From the NCBI GenBank assembly GCA_027021365.1, contig JALUUM010000008.1, forward strand, positions 2,804 through 66,803: a DNA stretch of 64,000 nt, written 5' to 3'. Positions 16,369 to 26,848 of the stretch are shown piece by piece; position 1 is the first letter of the stretch; every line of letters begins with the position of its first letter. Both the position numbers and the translations under genes were made by a program. Below the pieces are notes generated by a model that ran no database searches, had not been told where the DNA came from, and saw only the letters and a program-made list of their open reading frames with translations. Origin of the DNA: Spirochaetales bacterium (GTDB taxonomy: Bacteria; Spirochaetota; Spirochaetia; SZUA-6).

Positions 16369-17543
16369 CTTGTCACCCTCATAATTGCCCTCATAAGGAT
16401 ACGCTGCATAAGGAACCTTGTATCATCATCGACCTGCATCGCTTTCAACTTTTTCATAAAGCGGACATAGATTTCATCGGAGAGGATCTTTCCAACATCG
16501 TGAAACTCGAGAGCGGGAACCTCCATTTCAGGAATTTCAAGGGCCCTGCCCAGCTTCTCTATCTCTTTTGCAAGCCTCTCCTCGGAGACCTTCCACCTCT
16601 CCCCGTCGAAATAGCCTCCTACTCGTAGAAGCAGAGAGGCGCCTTTCGGTGCCGCTTTCAGTGCCGCTTCAACCCTGGCTACCGGCGACTGCCTGTCGAA
16701 GGGTGAAAGCTCCACATCTACCTCCTCGTAGTGGAAAGTATCAAGTTCAAGTTCTTTGGGCTCCCCACCCGGCTCCAGGACATTCACCTTGCGTATTCCT
16801 GTCTCCTTGCTGGTAATCGATACAGGGGAACCCGGGTAAACGAAAAAGCCTGTGCTGGTTTTCCCGGCTTCAGTGCTTTTGCGGCTCTCCCCACCGGCAC
16901 CGGAGCCTCCGCTCTGGCGAACCTGTTTGCCCCCTCTTTTTTCCCACCCGAAGGTGCTCACTGAAAAATTCGTATGGAAGTGGCCTGCAAGTATGTAGCG
17001 CCAGGGAAGTTTCTCGAAGTAGGAGAGTTTCACGGGGTGGTACCTCTTCTGACCTTCGTCCCCGTAACTTGTCCAGTCACCGGAAACATCTAACAGCTCC
17101 CCGTGAAAGAGGAGAATAGAGTTTTCACCCATCCCGACTCCCTGCGAAAGGGATTTCAGCGTCGCAAGGGTATCTTCCTTCTGCATCCCGGAAAAGGGAA
17201 GGCCCCAAACTTCGGGAAAGCCTTCGGCCTTAAAGGGTTCACCCGGGTTCCTTATTACATGCACATTGGCTCCGAAATAGGCCCCCTTAGGGAAAGCTTC
17301 CGCATCGTGGTTACCGGGAATAATTACCACCCTCCCTTTGAATCTCTCGAAGAGAGCCCTTATCTCGTTACGAAGTTCCTCCGCTGCCCTAAGAGAATCA
17401 AAGAGGTCACCGCTTATCGTAATCATCCCGGCCCCGGTTTCATTGGCCTTTTCTATAACCCTTTCCAGGGCCTTCCACCTGTATGAGTGAAACCTATTCT
17501 TCTTTTCGGTTAAGTGGATATCTGCCGTATGGATTATTTTCAT
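16365..17543 (-). CDS. SbcD/Mre11-like calcineurin-type phosphoesterase nuclease (YhaO/SbcF-like)
   Basis: MKIIHTADIHL, GDLFD and GNHD metallophosphatase motifs. Start overlaps the SbcC-like gene by 4 nt. Confidence 0.85.
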   Translation of the reverse strand: MKIIHTADIHLTEKKNRFHSYRWKALERVIEKANETGAGMITISGDLFDSLRAAEELRNEIRALFERFKGRVVIIPGNHDAEAFPKGAYFGANVHVIRNPGEPFKAEGFPEVWGLPFSGMQKEDTLATLKSLSQGVGMGENSILLFHGELLDVSGDWTSYGDEGQKRYHPVKLSYFEKLPWRYILAGHFHTNFSVSTFGWEKRGGKQVRQSGGSGAGGESRKSTEAGKTSTGFFVYPGSPVSITSKETGIRKVNVLEPGGEPKELELDTFHYEEVDVELSPFDRQSPVARVEAALKAAPKGASLLLRVGGYFDGERWKVSEERLAKEIEKLGRALEIPEMEVPALEFHDVGKILSDEIYVRFMKKLKAMQVDDDTRFLMQRILMRAIMRVTR

Positions 17544-17685
17544 GCCAGTATTCTACAGTAGATCAATTGTAAAAAAAAGTATATCAAAGTCAATAAATTA
17601 CAACGGCACTAGATTATCATTAATGGTTTATTCACCTATCATTAAGTAACCATTCAAATAGTACACCTGAATATCATTGCTTCTT

Positions 17686-19800
17686 CTATCGTTCCACAAG
17701 AACCTTTAATGATCGCCTTTTGACTGTGAGACTGCCAGAACATATCTTAACAGAATCGTTCTCTATATCATACATATCAAAATTATGAATGCCATTATCG
17801 AGCAAGAGTCTTACATCTAAATCATTTTCGTGATCCTGATTTGCAATCACAACGGCCCGTTTATTATTTTTTCTGTTTTCGAATACAGAATAGAGGCAGG
17901 CGGAATTTTTACCATCGTACGATAACTCTACACCAATGGTATCCTTAAAGATACCATCCCATATATAATCCCAAAGCCTTCTCCTGAGTCTTTGTGCTTT
18001 CATACCATAAGCAACAGTATCAGGAAAATCGGAAAGCTTGCCTTTAAAGTTATAGGGTTCATAGTTTATTATGTAGCCGTTAACCAAGCATTGGTTTATC
18101 ATTTCACGGTCATCCCATCCCGTTATACAAGTAGCAAATCTCATTTGGGGATTCAGGTACTTCCAGGCTGCTATATAATTCTCTTCATTCAGACCACCCC
18201 ATTCTCCGTTCCACGTACGAACATAACTAACAAGATAATACTGGGATAAATGATCATTAGGTCCTTCGCCGGCCAGTAAGAAATCTTTTCGTGTATCCAG
18301 AGCTGTCTCGTAAAATTCCTTCGCCAGCATTAAAGAACCCTTAAAATTACTTTCCCCCCATTTGTGGTCATGAGAAGTATCAAAACATAGAAGCATGTTG
18401 CTTGCAAGTTCATCATACAGAATACCACTGGAACCAAGTTCTAGAATCTTTTTAAACTCTCTTAGAGCAATTTTTCTGTATTCTTCGGAGAGATGGCACA
18501 ACCCGGCACCGGTTCTTCTACTTCCACCTGTCAATTGTTGTGTCATTGTTTCATATGCATAACCTTCGAATTGAACATAATTCCCATACATATCTCTTAA
18601 AGTACATGAAAGCAGTTCTTCTTTGAATTCCGGGATAGATATATCTGCCCATTTAAATTTACACATCAAGAGAATCCTTACGCCCATGGATTCTGCTTTC
18701 CTTATTGCTTCTTTTAATTCTTCTCGTGTTCCGAGTCTCGGATCGATATCCTGATACGGTTCTGCACCGTCCTGTCCGTCACGAGCCCATCCTATGAGCT
18801 GAATTGCACCCACACCTTTGTCTCTTGCTTCTCCTGCTATTTCTACAAGATCGGTGTATCGGTACCTACAATCTCCTTCAGGGGTATTCATTTGTAAGGT
18901 AAACCAGCAGTCTATCTCCTTAAGCCACTCAGGTTCTGGCTTAGAGAAGAACCATGTCTTCCGCCATTTTTTATACTGCTCGACACCATTATGCCATGTT
19001 CCCTTAAACAGATTAATTACAATAGGTGCCAGTTTAATAGTTTTTCCCGGCTCTATAAAGGGAAGTCTCACGGCACTTACAACATAACCTATCGGCTTAC
19101 CGCCAATTGTATCGGCTGATGGCACGCGTTTATTCTTGCTATCGAGGTAGCCAGGCTTAAGCTCATGTACAAAGTTTACAATATTTAACTCTTTATCATG
19201 CATGCCCAGATATAGGCCTTGAGTATTGTTGGCTAACAGAATAAAAGAAGTTTGTGCTTCTACATCCGGGAATGTTTTTATAAAGGTTGGGTGTATTGTT
19301 CCATAGTAACCACTCTTCTGGGGAAAACCATCCCCGAGGATTTCTTTGCTCAAGCCGCCACACATATTCACGGACAACGATTCCAGGCATTTTTCTTCTG
19401 CGGGTTCCCGAATTCCGCCGAGGCATGGATTCCATACTTCCTCTATAATGTAAGGCGACCTGTTATCTATGGTCATAATAAAACTTATAGATATTCCGTC
19501 TAACTCGACTAACAGAAAAACAGAAATATCCAGATCCCCGGAATGATTAGCAGTAATCTTATCCCAATAGAGGCCGGCCATAGTTTCTGTTTTTTTATCA
19601 AATGCAGAAAGCTTCTGTATTTTGCTACTCGCCCTGTTATTTCTGTGATCCTTGATCGGCACAAGGAGCTGAATACCCATTGCCAGTCCTGGTTGCCTTA
19701 TTACCTGCCACCCTGTCTCTTTATTTAACAACCCGATAATAGCACCATTCTCTCTATTAAAGGTTATCTTGATTCTTTTATTCTCAAGAAAAAGGTTCAC
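17686..19800 (-). CDS. putative glycoside hydrolase-like protein of unassigned family (704 aa)
   Basis: Large ORF in an operon with GH84, ROK and the GlmU-like gene. Central region looks like a TIM-barrel GH (alternating beta-alpha, conserved acidic and aromatic residues), but I do not recognise a family. Confidence 0.3.
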   Translation of the reverse strand: MNLFLENKRIKITFNRENGAIIGLLNKETGWQVIRQPGLAMGIQLLVPIKDHRNNRASSKIQKLSAFDKKTETMAGLYWDKITANHSGDLDISVFLLVELDGISISFIMTIDNRSPYIIEEVWNPCLGGIREPAEEKCLESLSVNMCGGLSKEILGDGFPQKSGYYGTIHPTFIKTFPDVEAQTSFILLANNTQGLYLGMHDKELNIVNFVHELKPGYLDSKNKRVPSADTIGGKPIGYVVSAVRLPFIEPGKTIKLAPIVINLFKGTWHNGVEQYKKWRKTWFFSKPEPEWLKEIDCWFTLQMNTPEGDCRYRYTDLVEIAGEARDKGVGAIQLIGWARDGQDGAEPYQDIDPRLGTREELKEAIRKAESMGVRILLMCKFKWADISIPEFKEELLSCTLRDMYGNYVQFEGYAYETMTQQLTGGSRRTGAGLCHLSEEYRKIALREFKKILELGSSGILYDELASNMLLCFDTSHDHKWGESNFKGSLMLAKEFYETALDTRKDFLLAGEGPNDHLSQYYLVSYVRTWNGEWGGLNEENYIAAWKYLNPQMRFATCITGWDDREMINQCLVNGYIINYEPYNFKGKLSDFPDTVAYGMKAQRLRRRLWDYIWDGIFKDTIGVELSYDGKNSACLYSVFENRKNNKRAVVIANQDHENDLDVRLLLDNGIHNFDMYDIENDSVKICSGSLTVKRRSLKVLVER

Positions 19801-19801
19801 C

Positions 19802-21169
19802 TTACCATCCGTAACGGTTGGGCCCCCATTCCCTTTTTACAGTTTTCTGCTCTGCCATGACAATTGTGTTATCTGGAACATCCTCGGTTAGAATCACTCC
19901 GGGACCTACTATACTGTACACTCCAATTTTACACCCCGGCATAATTATTGTATTTACACCGGTTCTTGAAAAATCACCCAGGAAAGTAGCATTTGAAAAA
20001 TATTTAGGGTGTTCTTTTCGACCTTTAACCCTGTGGGAAGTCTCTCCGTCATCGAATCTTAAAGTACCGCAAACAGTAGCAGCTCCGAGGTCCGTACTCT
20101 GTCCTATGATGCCGTAAAACTCCATATAATGATACAGATAAACATTTTCCATAATTATACCTTCGAATTCTGCACAGTGATTAATAACACACCTATTACC
20201 AATAGCAGAGTTATTATTTATATAGCAATAATTGCCTATATAGCAGTCACTTCCAATAACCGCATTACCGTTTATTATTGCACCATTTTCTATAATCGTA
20301 TTTTTACCGACTATAATATTGCCTTTAATCTTAACATTCTTTCCTATGTGGCTGTTTTCTCCGAGTCGAACAAAGCCTCGAAGATCAGCAGTACCATCAA
20401 TCGATGCGCCTTTCTCCAAATGATTCTCGGTTAACTCCCCACATCTAAGGTCCACAACATAATAATTAGCCATTAGTATATGCCATGGTTTGTCAATATC
20501 AAAGAATTTCCTCTCCGCTTCTGCAGAGTAGACCACACCGCCATCCTCTATATAATCTTGTAATGACATTTCAATATAACTTTCTTCAGGTGGCATCATC
20601 CCCACCTGAACACTGGTGAAGATTCCTGAATTAACATCAATATATTCTAAAAACCTTTTATTAAAAGCAAAGGCACAGAATCTATGAGTTGCATCGTCCC
20701 TGGGATGTCCCAAGATGTTTTCCACTGTATTTTCGTGTAAGTTACAGCAGATCCAGTCTCTGCTCGGCTCATTCTTTAATGGCTCAACAAGTACCGATAT
20801 TCCTTTTTCTCTATACAGCCTAATTAGCTTTGCTATATCTTCCTTTTCAATATAGGTATCGCCATACAAAACCAAAAAGTCATCATCTTCGATAAACTCT
20901 GAAATCCTTGATAGGGTATCTGCCGTTCCCGATGTACTCCCTGTTTTTATGATCTGTAAAGAACTTTCTAACCGGAAATAATTCTCTATCTGCTCACCAA
21001 GGTTTCCGGCCGCAATTATGATATTTTCAAATCCCATCTCTTTAAGGGTAATTATCAGGTATTCTATTATCGGCTTGTTGGCCAAGGGTATCATAACTTT
21101 GGGTCTTATAACAGAATATGGCCATATCTTCGAGCCTATACCTGCGGCAAGAATAACAGCTGTTTTCAT
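19802..21169 (-). CDS. sugar-1-phosphate nucleotidyltransferase fused to a left-handed beta-helix acyltransferase domain (GlmU-like architecture)
   Basis: N-terminus AILAAGIGSKIWPYSVIRPKVMIPLANKPII carries the GxGxR...K NTP-transferase motif. C-terminus has tandem hexapeptide repeats (IGKNVKIKGNIIVGKNTIIENGAIINGNAVIGSDCYIG...). Confidence 0.7.
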   Translation of the reverse strand: MKTAVILAAGIGSKIWPYSVIRPKVMIPLANKPIIEYLIITLKEMGFENIIIAAGNLGEQIENYFRLESSLQIIKTGSTSGTADTLSRISEFIEDDDFLVLYGDTYIEKEDIAKLIRLYREKGISVLVEPLKNEPSRDWICCNLHENTVENILGHPRDDATHRFCAFAFNKRFLEYIDVNSGIFTSVQVGMMPPEESYIEMSLQDYIEDGGVVYSAEAERKFFDIDKPWHILMANYYVVDLRCGELTENHLEKGASIDGTADLRGFVRLGENSHIGKNVKIKGNIIVGKNTIIENGAIINGNAVIGSDCYIGNYCYINNNSAIGNRCVINHCAEFEGIIMENVYLYHYMEFYGIIGQSTDLGAATVCGTLRFDDGETSHRVKGRKEHPKYFSNATFLGDFSRTGVNTIIMPGCKIGVYSIVGPGVILTEDVPDNTIVMAEQKTVKREWGPNRYGW

Positions 21170-21236
21170 TTCTAATCTCCCGTAAAAATATCATTAAAAT
21201 CCATTTATCTACACCACTTCATCCAAAGGACAGGAT

Positions 21237-22373
21237 CTAGGGATTATCCAGCCAGTAATCTCTCACTATGCTTCCTGCACCAAGGAGAGGTCCGCTTTCA
21301 AGGTGATTGGACAAACGAAAATGTAGGTTTTTCTTAAGATCCTCGATTAGGTATTTTTTCGTTTCTGATTCTAGTGCTTCGATAAATCTTTTACCGAATA
21401 TTTTGTATTTACCTCCTAAAATTACATAATGCGGATTTAAAACACATATTATATTGGCTATCGTTTTACCTGCTATTCTTATAATATTATCAAGCTCACC
21501 CATTAAACGAGGTTCCTTATCATTAAACCTGGATTTAAGTGCATCAGGTTTTATAAGTTCATCGTTATCTTCCTTTACAAGATCAAGACGTGCTAATAAT
21601 GTTTTCCATGATACTAGATTTTCAAATTTCTCATTTCCGATAACCATCTGCCCAATTTCACCTGCAAATTCATCTGCCCCTGAATAAATACCGCCGTTTA
21701 TCGATATTGCACTTCCCACGCCTTCATCAAGGTAAAGATAGAGAATCACCTTATGATTAAAACCGGGTATAAGCTTAACTTCTGATGTTGCTGCTAATTT
21801 AACATCATGATCCAGAAGTATTGGCCCTTTGTAATATTCAGAAATAATTCTACGTGGGTTTATCTTTGTAATTTCAGGGATAAGCTTGCAGGATATCCTA
21901 TCATCTTTTGCGGAATACGGACCCGGCACAGAAACTCCGATTCCAATAGTATTCCGAAGATTTTCATTTGAAAGCACCTTCGCCTTCATAGTTTCCAAAA
22001 ATATTCTAAAATTAGTTTCATAGTTTTTTGTTTTATCAAAATGATATCGGTATGAAAATTCACTACGTAATGAAAGGTCTTTCAAGGAAAAAGAGAAATG
22101 CCGTGTTGCCATATCTATACATATTATTCTTTTGGCTTTTGGCACAAAATTGATTATATTCGGTTTCCTGCCAACGCTGGTCTGGGTATCTTTTTCTTCT
22201 TTAACTACACCTCTATTAATCAATTCCTCTACAACGGTTGTTACTGTTCCCAGACTAAGATGAAGATTTTGTGATATTGAAAGCCTGCTTATAGGAGCGT
22301 TCGTTATAATTTCATAAAAAATATTTCTCCTGTTTTGTTTTTTTATCATGTTTACATTTAATTTTTGCTTCAT
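21237..22373 (-). CDS. ROK-family transcriptional regulator (NagC/Mlc-like)
   Basis: N-terminal HTH (RLSISQNLHLSLGTVTTVVEELINRGVV) plus a ROK sugar-kinase-like domain (GSAISINGGIYSGADEFAGEIGQMVI). Confidence 0.8.
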   Translation of the reverse strand: MKQKLNVNMIKKQNRRNIFYEIITNAPISRLSISQNLHLSLGTVTTVVEELINRGVVKEEKDTQTSVGRKPNIINFVPKAKRIICIDMATRHFSFSLKDLSLRSEFSYRYHFDKTKNYETNFRIFLETMKAKVLSNENLRNTIGIGVSVPGPYSAKDDRISCKLIPEITKINPRRIISEYYKGPILLDHDVKLAATSEVKLIPGFNHKVILYLYLDEGVGSAISINGGIYSGADEFAGEIGQMVIGNEKFENLVSWKTLLARLDLVKEDNDELIKPDALKSRFNDKEPRLMGELDNIIRIAGKTIANIICVLNPHYVILGGKYKIFGKRFIEALESETKKYLIEDLKKNLHFRLSNHLESGPLLGAGSIVRDYWLDNP

Positions 22374-24103
22374 AGATAATTCTCTTGATCCTTGATATGG
22401 AAATCCCCTTCTAATACAGATTCAACAAACGGATAAAGCACATCCGCAAAAACTTTTGTTTTATCTGCCTGATAATTCTTATACAGTTCTTTTAAATTAT
22501 CAATCTTATTTTTATCGTAATCTTTAAGACAATCCACTGTTTTAACAAATAACTCTATTCCCTTTGAAAATTTATTAAGCCATGGTTCTAACTCTTTTGC
22601 AAGTTTGCCATTCTTTATCCCTTTTAGAAGCTTTTCTGAAGCCTTTAAATATTGCGAAATTGCTCTGTCAAATTCATAAAAACCTCTCTCTCTATTGCCA
22701 TAGTAATATTCAAAGATCAGATTTGTAATAATATTTTCAAGTTTAGGTGAATTAGAGGGATATATGGCTGAGTATCTTACATTATCCGCAAAAACAAGAA
22801 AATCTTCACTATCTTCCTCTCCAACGATAGATTTTATGGCATGTTCCCAGCAATTTTGTGGCTTATACTTTTCTGGATTCCATAGATAACACGCAATAGT
22901 AATAAAAGGTATTTTTGACGCTTCGGCATATTGCATACCATTGGAAATAATTCCTCTTGAACATCTGTAAAGATGCATGTCCCGGTTAAGATATGGTCCA
23001 ATATGCATTTCTTCACTCATTTCAAGGTCGTTCACCGGATAATTGTCCCAATAGAGTGGTTTATGATACGTCGATGTTCTAAAAACAGATGCATCATAAA
23101 GATTAAGTTCCCGTGAGCATATTTCAGGACCTGTCCAGAAAATATCGATTAAGGGATCCAAATTCCTGCCAAGTTTGGAGATATAGTATTCATTGCCTTT
23201 ACCGTAATACTGAGTTGGGCATACAACCAGCCTAATCTCAGAATCCATAGTTTTTAGATAGCTAAAAAGCCTGGAAATAATGTCAATGTGGGCAGAAACA
23301 AGATCTTCATATACTTTTTTATCTACTCCATGCTGTAGAATCGGTGGGATATCATCTAGGAAAAAACCAAAATTCTTTATTCCAATACTGTGAATTTGCT
23401 TTATTTTTTCGAGAAGAAGTTCAAAATCCCTTTTATCTGAATACCGGATGGACAAACCGGGACCAATACTATAAAAAAAATCAATCTCCAATACCTGTGC
23501 CCGGTTGAATAATTTTTTTAGTTTTGAAAGCGACTCAGTTGGGTACAGCACTCGCCAGAGCTTTCTGTGGTAAGGATCATCCTTTGGCCCATAAAAATAT
23601 GTGTTCATTTTGTATTGTAAGAGCAGAGAAAAAATGGCTTTTCTATCTTCATCTTTCCATGGTGGACCATAGTAGCCCTCTATTATTCCACGGATATTAA
23701 ATTTCGGATAATCCTCTAAATAGCAGTTGTACAGCTTATCTGCATTTATCATCTGCTGAAGAGTGAATAATGCATACATCAATCCCCGTTTGTGACTGAA
23801 TCTAATGTTAACAAGAGGCTCTCTATTAACAAAACTAACTTCTATTGTATATTTTTCATTTGTAAGTGAATTATTTTCTTCTATATAAGTTATATTTTCA
23901 TCATTTGTCTGATTAAGTATTAATTCTACATCACCATTACTTTCTAGCAGTTGATACCTATTAAACTTACACCATGTTCTAATAATTTTATTATATGTAT
24001 ACTCACGGGATTGATACCTAATTCTGGGTGTCTTATTAAAACGGTATGGTTTTCCCTTTATTTCTATTTTTTGGACTTCCGGATAGACTAATAATTCTTT
24101 CAT
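22370..24103 (-). CDS. GH84-family beta-N-acetylglucosaminidase (O-GlcNAcase/NagJ-like)
   Basis: GIIEGYYGPPWKDEDR and YKMNTYFYGPKDDPYHR match the GH84 signatures (GFYGxPWS, KMNTYxYAPKDD). The catalytic DD pair is present in NFGFFLDDI. Confidence 0.7.
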   Translation of the reverse strand: MKELLVYPEVQKIEIKGKPYRFNKTPRIRYQSREYTYNKIIRTWCKFNRYQLLESNGDVELILNQTNDENITYIEENNSLTNEKYTIEVSFVNREPLVNIRFSHKRGLMYALFTLQQMINADKLYNCYLEDYPKFNIRGIIEGYYGPPWKDEDRKAIFSLLLQYKMNTYFYGPKDDPYHRKLWRVLYPTESLSKLKKLFNRAQVLEIDFFYSIGPGLSIRYSDKRDFELLLEKIKQIHSIGIKNFGFFLDDIPPILQHGVDKKVYEDLVSAHIDIISRLFSYLKTMDSEIRLVVCPTQYYGKGNEYYISKLGRNLDPLIDIFWTGPEICSRELNLYDASVFRTSTYHKPLYWDNYPVNDLEMSEEMHIGPYLNRDMHLYRCSRGIISNGMQYAEASKIPFITIACYLWNPEKYKPQNCWEHAIKSIVGEEDSEDFLVFADNVRYSAIYPSNSPKLENIITNLIFEYYYGNRERGFYEFDRAISQYLKASEKLLKGIKNGKLAKELEPWLNKFSKGIELFVKTVDCLKDYDKNKIDNLKELYKNYQADKTKVFADVLYPFVESVLEGDFHIKDQENYL

Positions 24104-24112
24104 GTAAAAAGC

Positions 24113-25318
24113 CTACAACTCATTACAGTTATTCTGTATTTTTAACACTGCTTTAGCTATTATCTCAATATCCTTTTCCTCACCTAACAAGACATTTTGA
24201 GGTATCCATACTGTTTCACGGCATGCTCTTTCTGTTTCGGGCAATTTTAGAGAGTAATAATTAATATCTTGTGTGAGAATTTGCTTAATCTTGGTATTTT
24301 TAAATATGGGTTGTTTATTAAGCTCTATATATCCGTAACCACAGGGAATACCCTCCGCATTAAGAGCTTCGATGAACCTTTTTTTTGAGATGTTTTTAAA
24401 AAATTTATTCTTAAACCTAAACATGTAAAGATGGCGAGTATGACGGGTTACACGACTATCCATTTTGAAGGTTTCTATTCCATCAATTAGATTCAATAAT
24501 TTATCCAATTTTTCAGCATTTTTCTCACGCTTTTCTATCTGCGAGTTAAGACGCTCAAGTTGAACAAGTAAAATTGCTGCCTGCCACTCTGTCATCCTGG
24601 CATTGGTAGATAATCTGTAATGTCTATACCATTCGTCATCTCGTCTTCGTCCAACATGATGAATAGACCAACAGGCATCTGCTAACTCCTTATTATTGGT
24701 GGTAATTATTCCACCCTCACCACTGGTCATGTTTTTACTTAGCTGGAAACTGAAAGTTCCTACCGTTCCTATACTACCTAATTTTTTACCTTCCCATTCT
24801 GATCCATGCGCCTGTGAAGCATCTTCTATTACATATAGATCATATGCTTCTGCGATTTTCATTATTCTGTCCATATTTGAAGGAGTTCCCGATATATGCA
24901 CAGGAATTATTGCCTTTGTTCTGGGTGTAATCGCTGCTTCTATTTTTTCAGCGTCTATGCAGTTGGTATTCGGATCTATATCTACAAAGATAGGAGTAGC
25001 ATTTACTATTAATACGGCAGTGATTGTTGCCATGAAAGTGTAGGGAGGAACAATTACTTCATCCCCATATCCAATGTTCAAAGCCCTTAACACTATTTCC
25101 AAAGCAGTCGTACCATTGGAAACAGTCTGTGCATGGCTTACATTAATGAATGTTGAAAATTTCTCTTCAAATTCAAGGACCTTTGGTCCAAGGGTCCCCC
25201 AATTTCTGCTATTAAGAACTTCAATTAGCTTCTGCTTCTCTCTATCATCATAGATTGGCCATTCCGGCCAGGGGCTTTTTTTTTCCTTCGGGCCACCATT
25301 TATTGCAAGTTTCGCCAT
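24113..25318 (-). CDS. DegT/DnrJ/EryC1/StrS-family PLP-dependent sugar aminotransferase
   Basis: Family-typical N-terminus and PLP-fold motifs; 401 aa; paralogous to 28644..29903. Confidence 0.85.
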   Translation of the reverse strand: MAKLAINGGPKEKKSPWPEWPIYDDREKQKLIEVLNSRNWGTLGPKVLEFEEKFSTFINVSHAQTVSNGTTALEIVLRALNIGYGDEVIVPPYTFMATITAVLIVNATPIFVDIDPNTNCIDAEKIEAAITPRTKAIIPVHISGTPSNMDRIMKIAEAYDLYVIEDASQAHGSEWEGKKLGSIGTVGTFSFQLSKNMTSGEGGIITTNNKELADACWSIHHVGRRRDDEWYRHYRLSTNARMTEWQAAILLVQLERLNSQIEKREKNAEKLDKLLNLIDGIETFKMDSRVTRHTRHLYMFRFKNKFFKNISKKRFIEALNAEGIPCGYGYIELNKQPIFKNTKIKQILTQDINYYSLKLPETERACRETVWIPQNVLLGEEKDIEIIAKAVLKIQNNCNEL

Positions 25319-25409
25319 TTTAACTCCATAAAAAATTGATAAAATTCCTCATGACTTTACTCCTAAAACAAAATAATGTCAATATATTTAATAAATATTA
25401 ATATAATAC

Positions 25410-25437
25410 TTGACAAAATTACTTTAAAGTTTATAAT
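25410..25437 (+). promoter_or_regulatory. near-consensus sigma70-type promoter TTGACA-16-TATAAT for the ABC importer operon
   Basis: TTGACA at 25410-25415 and TATAAT at 25432-25437. AAGGAGG RBS about 9 nt upstream of the ATG at 25478. Confidence 0.5.
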
Positions 25438-25477
25438 CTCTTTAGTTTAACAAACAAGCTCTTTAAGGAGGTCATTA

Positions 25478-26758
25478 ATGAAAAGAGTATTTCCACTATT
25501 ACTTAGCATACTCCTGGTGTTCTTTGCCGTAGGAAATATTTTTGCAAAAGGTGCACAGGAAAATGCTAAAATTACATTAAGGATAGCATCACCCTCTGAA
25601 GGTCCTGATTCAATAAAAATATACGATGCTATGATGGCTGATTTTGAAAAGAGTCATCCTGGGGTTACAGTTACATGGGATAGATCTTCCGGTGATGACT
25701 ATCAATTTCAGGGTTTGCCCTCCCTCCTCGCAAGCGATACACCACCAGATATATATTTTGAGTGGGGTGGCAATAGGGTAAAGAATCATGCAGAGGATGG
25801 TGAAGCACTAGATATTAGCACATTGGCAAATGAAGTACGTCCTAATCTGGTTTCTTCGGCATGGAGTGGTGCAGTATTTAACAATAAGACATATATGCTA
25901 CCAACAAACCAGGATGTTACAATAATGATGTGGTACAATAAAGATATTTTTTCAAAACTTAGTCTCTCCATACCGAAAACATGGGACCAATTTTTAAGCA
26001 TTTGTGCCAAGATAAAAGGTGCAGGAATTACTCCTATTCTTATGGGGAATTCAGATGCTTGGGTTGCAGGCAACTTTGTTGGGGTTTTTCTTTACCGCAT
26101 AGCAGGAGATGATATTGCGGATGAAGTTTTAAGTCTAAAGAAAGGAACAAGATTCAACAACCCGGGTTTTATTAAGGCTATGGAATACGCTTCGGAATTA
26201 GGAAAAAAAGGTTACATAAACAGGGATTTAAACACCCTTGGTTACGATCCCAGCTTTGCCCGTTTATTTGATAACTCATCTGCAATGTATCCATTAGGAA
26301 CTTGGTTTAAAACAGAAGTCATTCCCGAAAACGCGCCTGATCCTTCAAAAGCAAATTTTGACTTTTTCAATCTCCCTGCATTTCCGGATGGCAAAGGTGA
26401 CCAGACATCATATATGGGTTTAAACAACGGTTTTGTTGCTAATGCAAAAACAAAGTACAAAGAACTAGCTATAGAGTTCTTAAAACTTATGATTGATAAG
26501 AAATACCAAGTTCAATTTGCTAAAATCGGAACTTTCTCTACCGTAAAAGGAACACTGGACAAGTCGGATCCCTATATTAGCAAAGTTCTGGATCTTATGA
26601 ATAGCACCCAAACGCTGGTATCACCTCCGGATACAGGGTATAATCTGGAAATGGCAGAGTCTCTCTATGCAGCGATTGCACAGGTACTGGTGAATGCCAA
26701 GACCCCGGAGGCAGCTCTAAGTGCTGTTGACCAGAAAATAAATCATCTAAGAAAATAA
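25478..26758 (+). CDS. ABC transporter extracellular solute-binding protein (carbohydrate/oligosaccharide family)
   Basis: Signal peptide followed by an SBP family-1-like sequence, 426 aa, upstream of two permease genes. Confidence 0.85.
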   Translation: MKRVFPLLLSILLVFFAVGNIFAKGAQENAKITLRIASPSEGPDSIKIYDAMMADFEKSHPGVTVTWDRSSGDDYQFQGLPSLLASDTPPDIYFEWGGNRVKNHAEDGEALDISTLANEVRPNLVSSAWSGAVFNNKTYMLPTNQDVTIMMWYNKDIFSKLSLSIPKTWDQFLSICAKIKGAGITPILMGNSDAWVAGNFVGVFLYRIAGDDIADEVLSLKKGTRFNNPGFIKAMEYASELGKKGYINRDLNTLGYDPSFARLFDNSSAMYPLGTWFKTEVIPENAPDPSKANFDFFNLPAFPDGKGDQTSYMGLNNGFVANAKTKYKELAIEFLKLMIDKKYQVQFAKIGTFSTVKGTLDKSDPYISKVLDLMNSTQTLVSPPDTGYNLEMAESLYAAIAQVLVNAKTPEAALSAVDQKINHLRK

Positions 26759-26779
26759 ATAACCAAAACTAATTTACGG

Positions 26780-26815
26780 CAGCTCTTTCGATCTGTTAAA
26801 GTTTAGAAAGAGCTG
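26780..26815 (+). other. 10-bp perfect-stem hairpin between the binding-protein gene and the permease genes
   Basis: CAGCTCTTTC (26780-26789) and GAAAGAGCTG (26806-26815) are reverse complements, with a 16-nt loop and no U-tract. Looks like an intra-operon attenuator or RNA-stability element. Confidence 0.4.
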
Positions 26816-26848
26816 TCCAATTTAGTCTGATAGCAAGAGTGGTAATAA

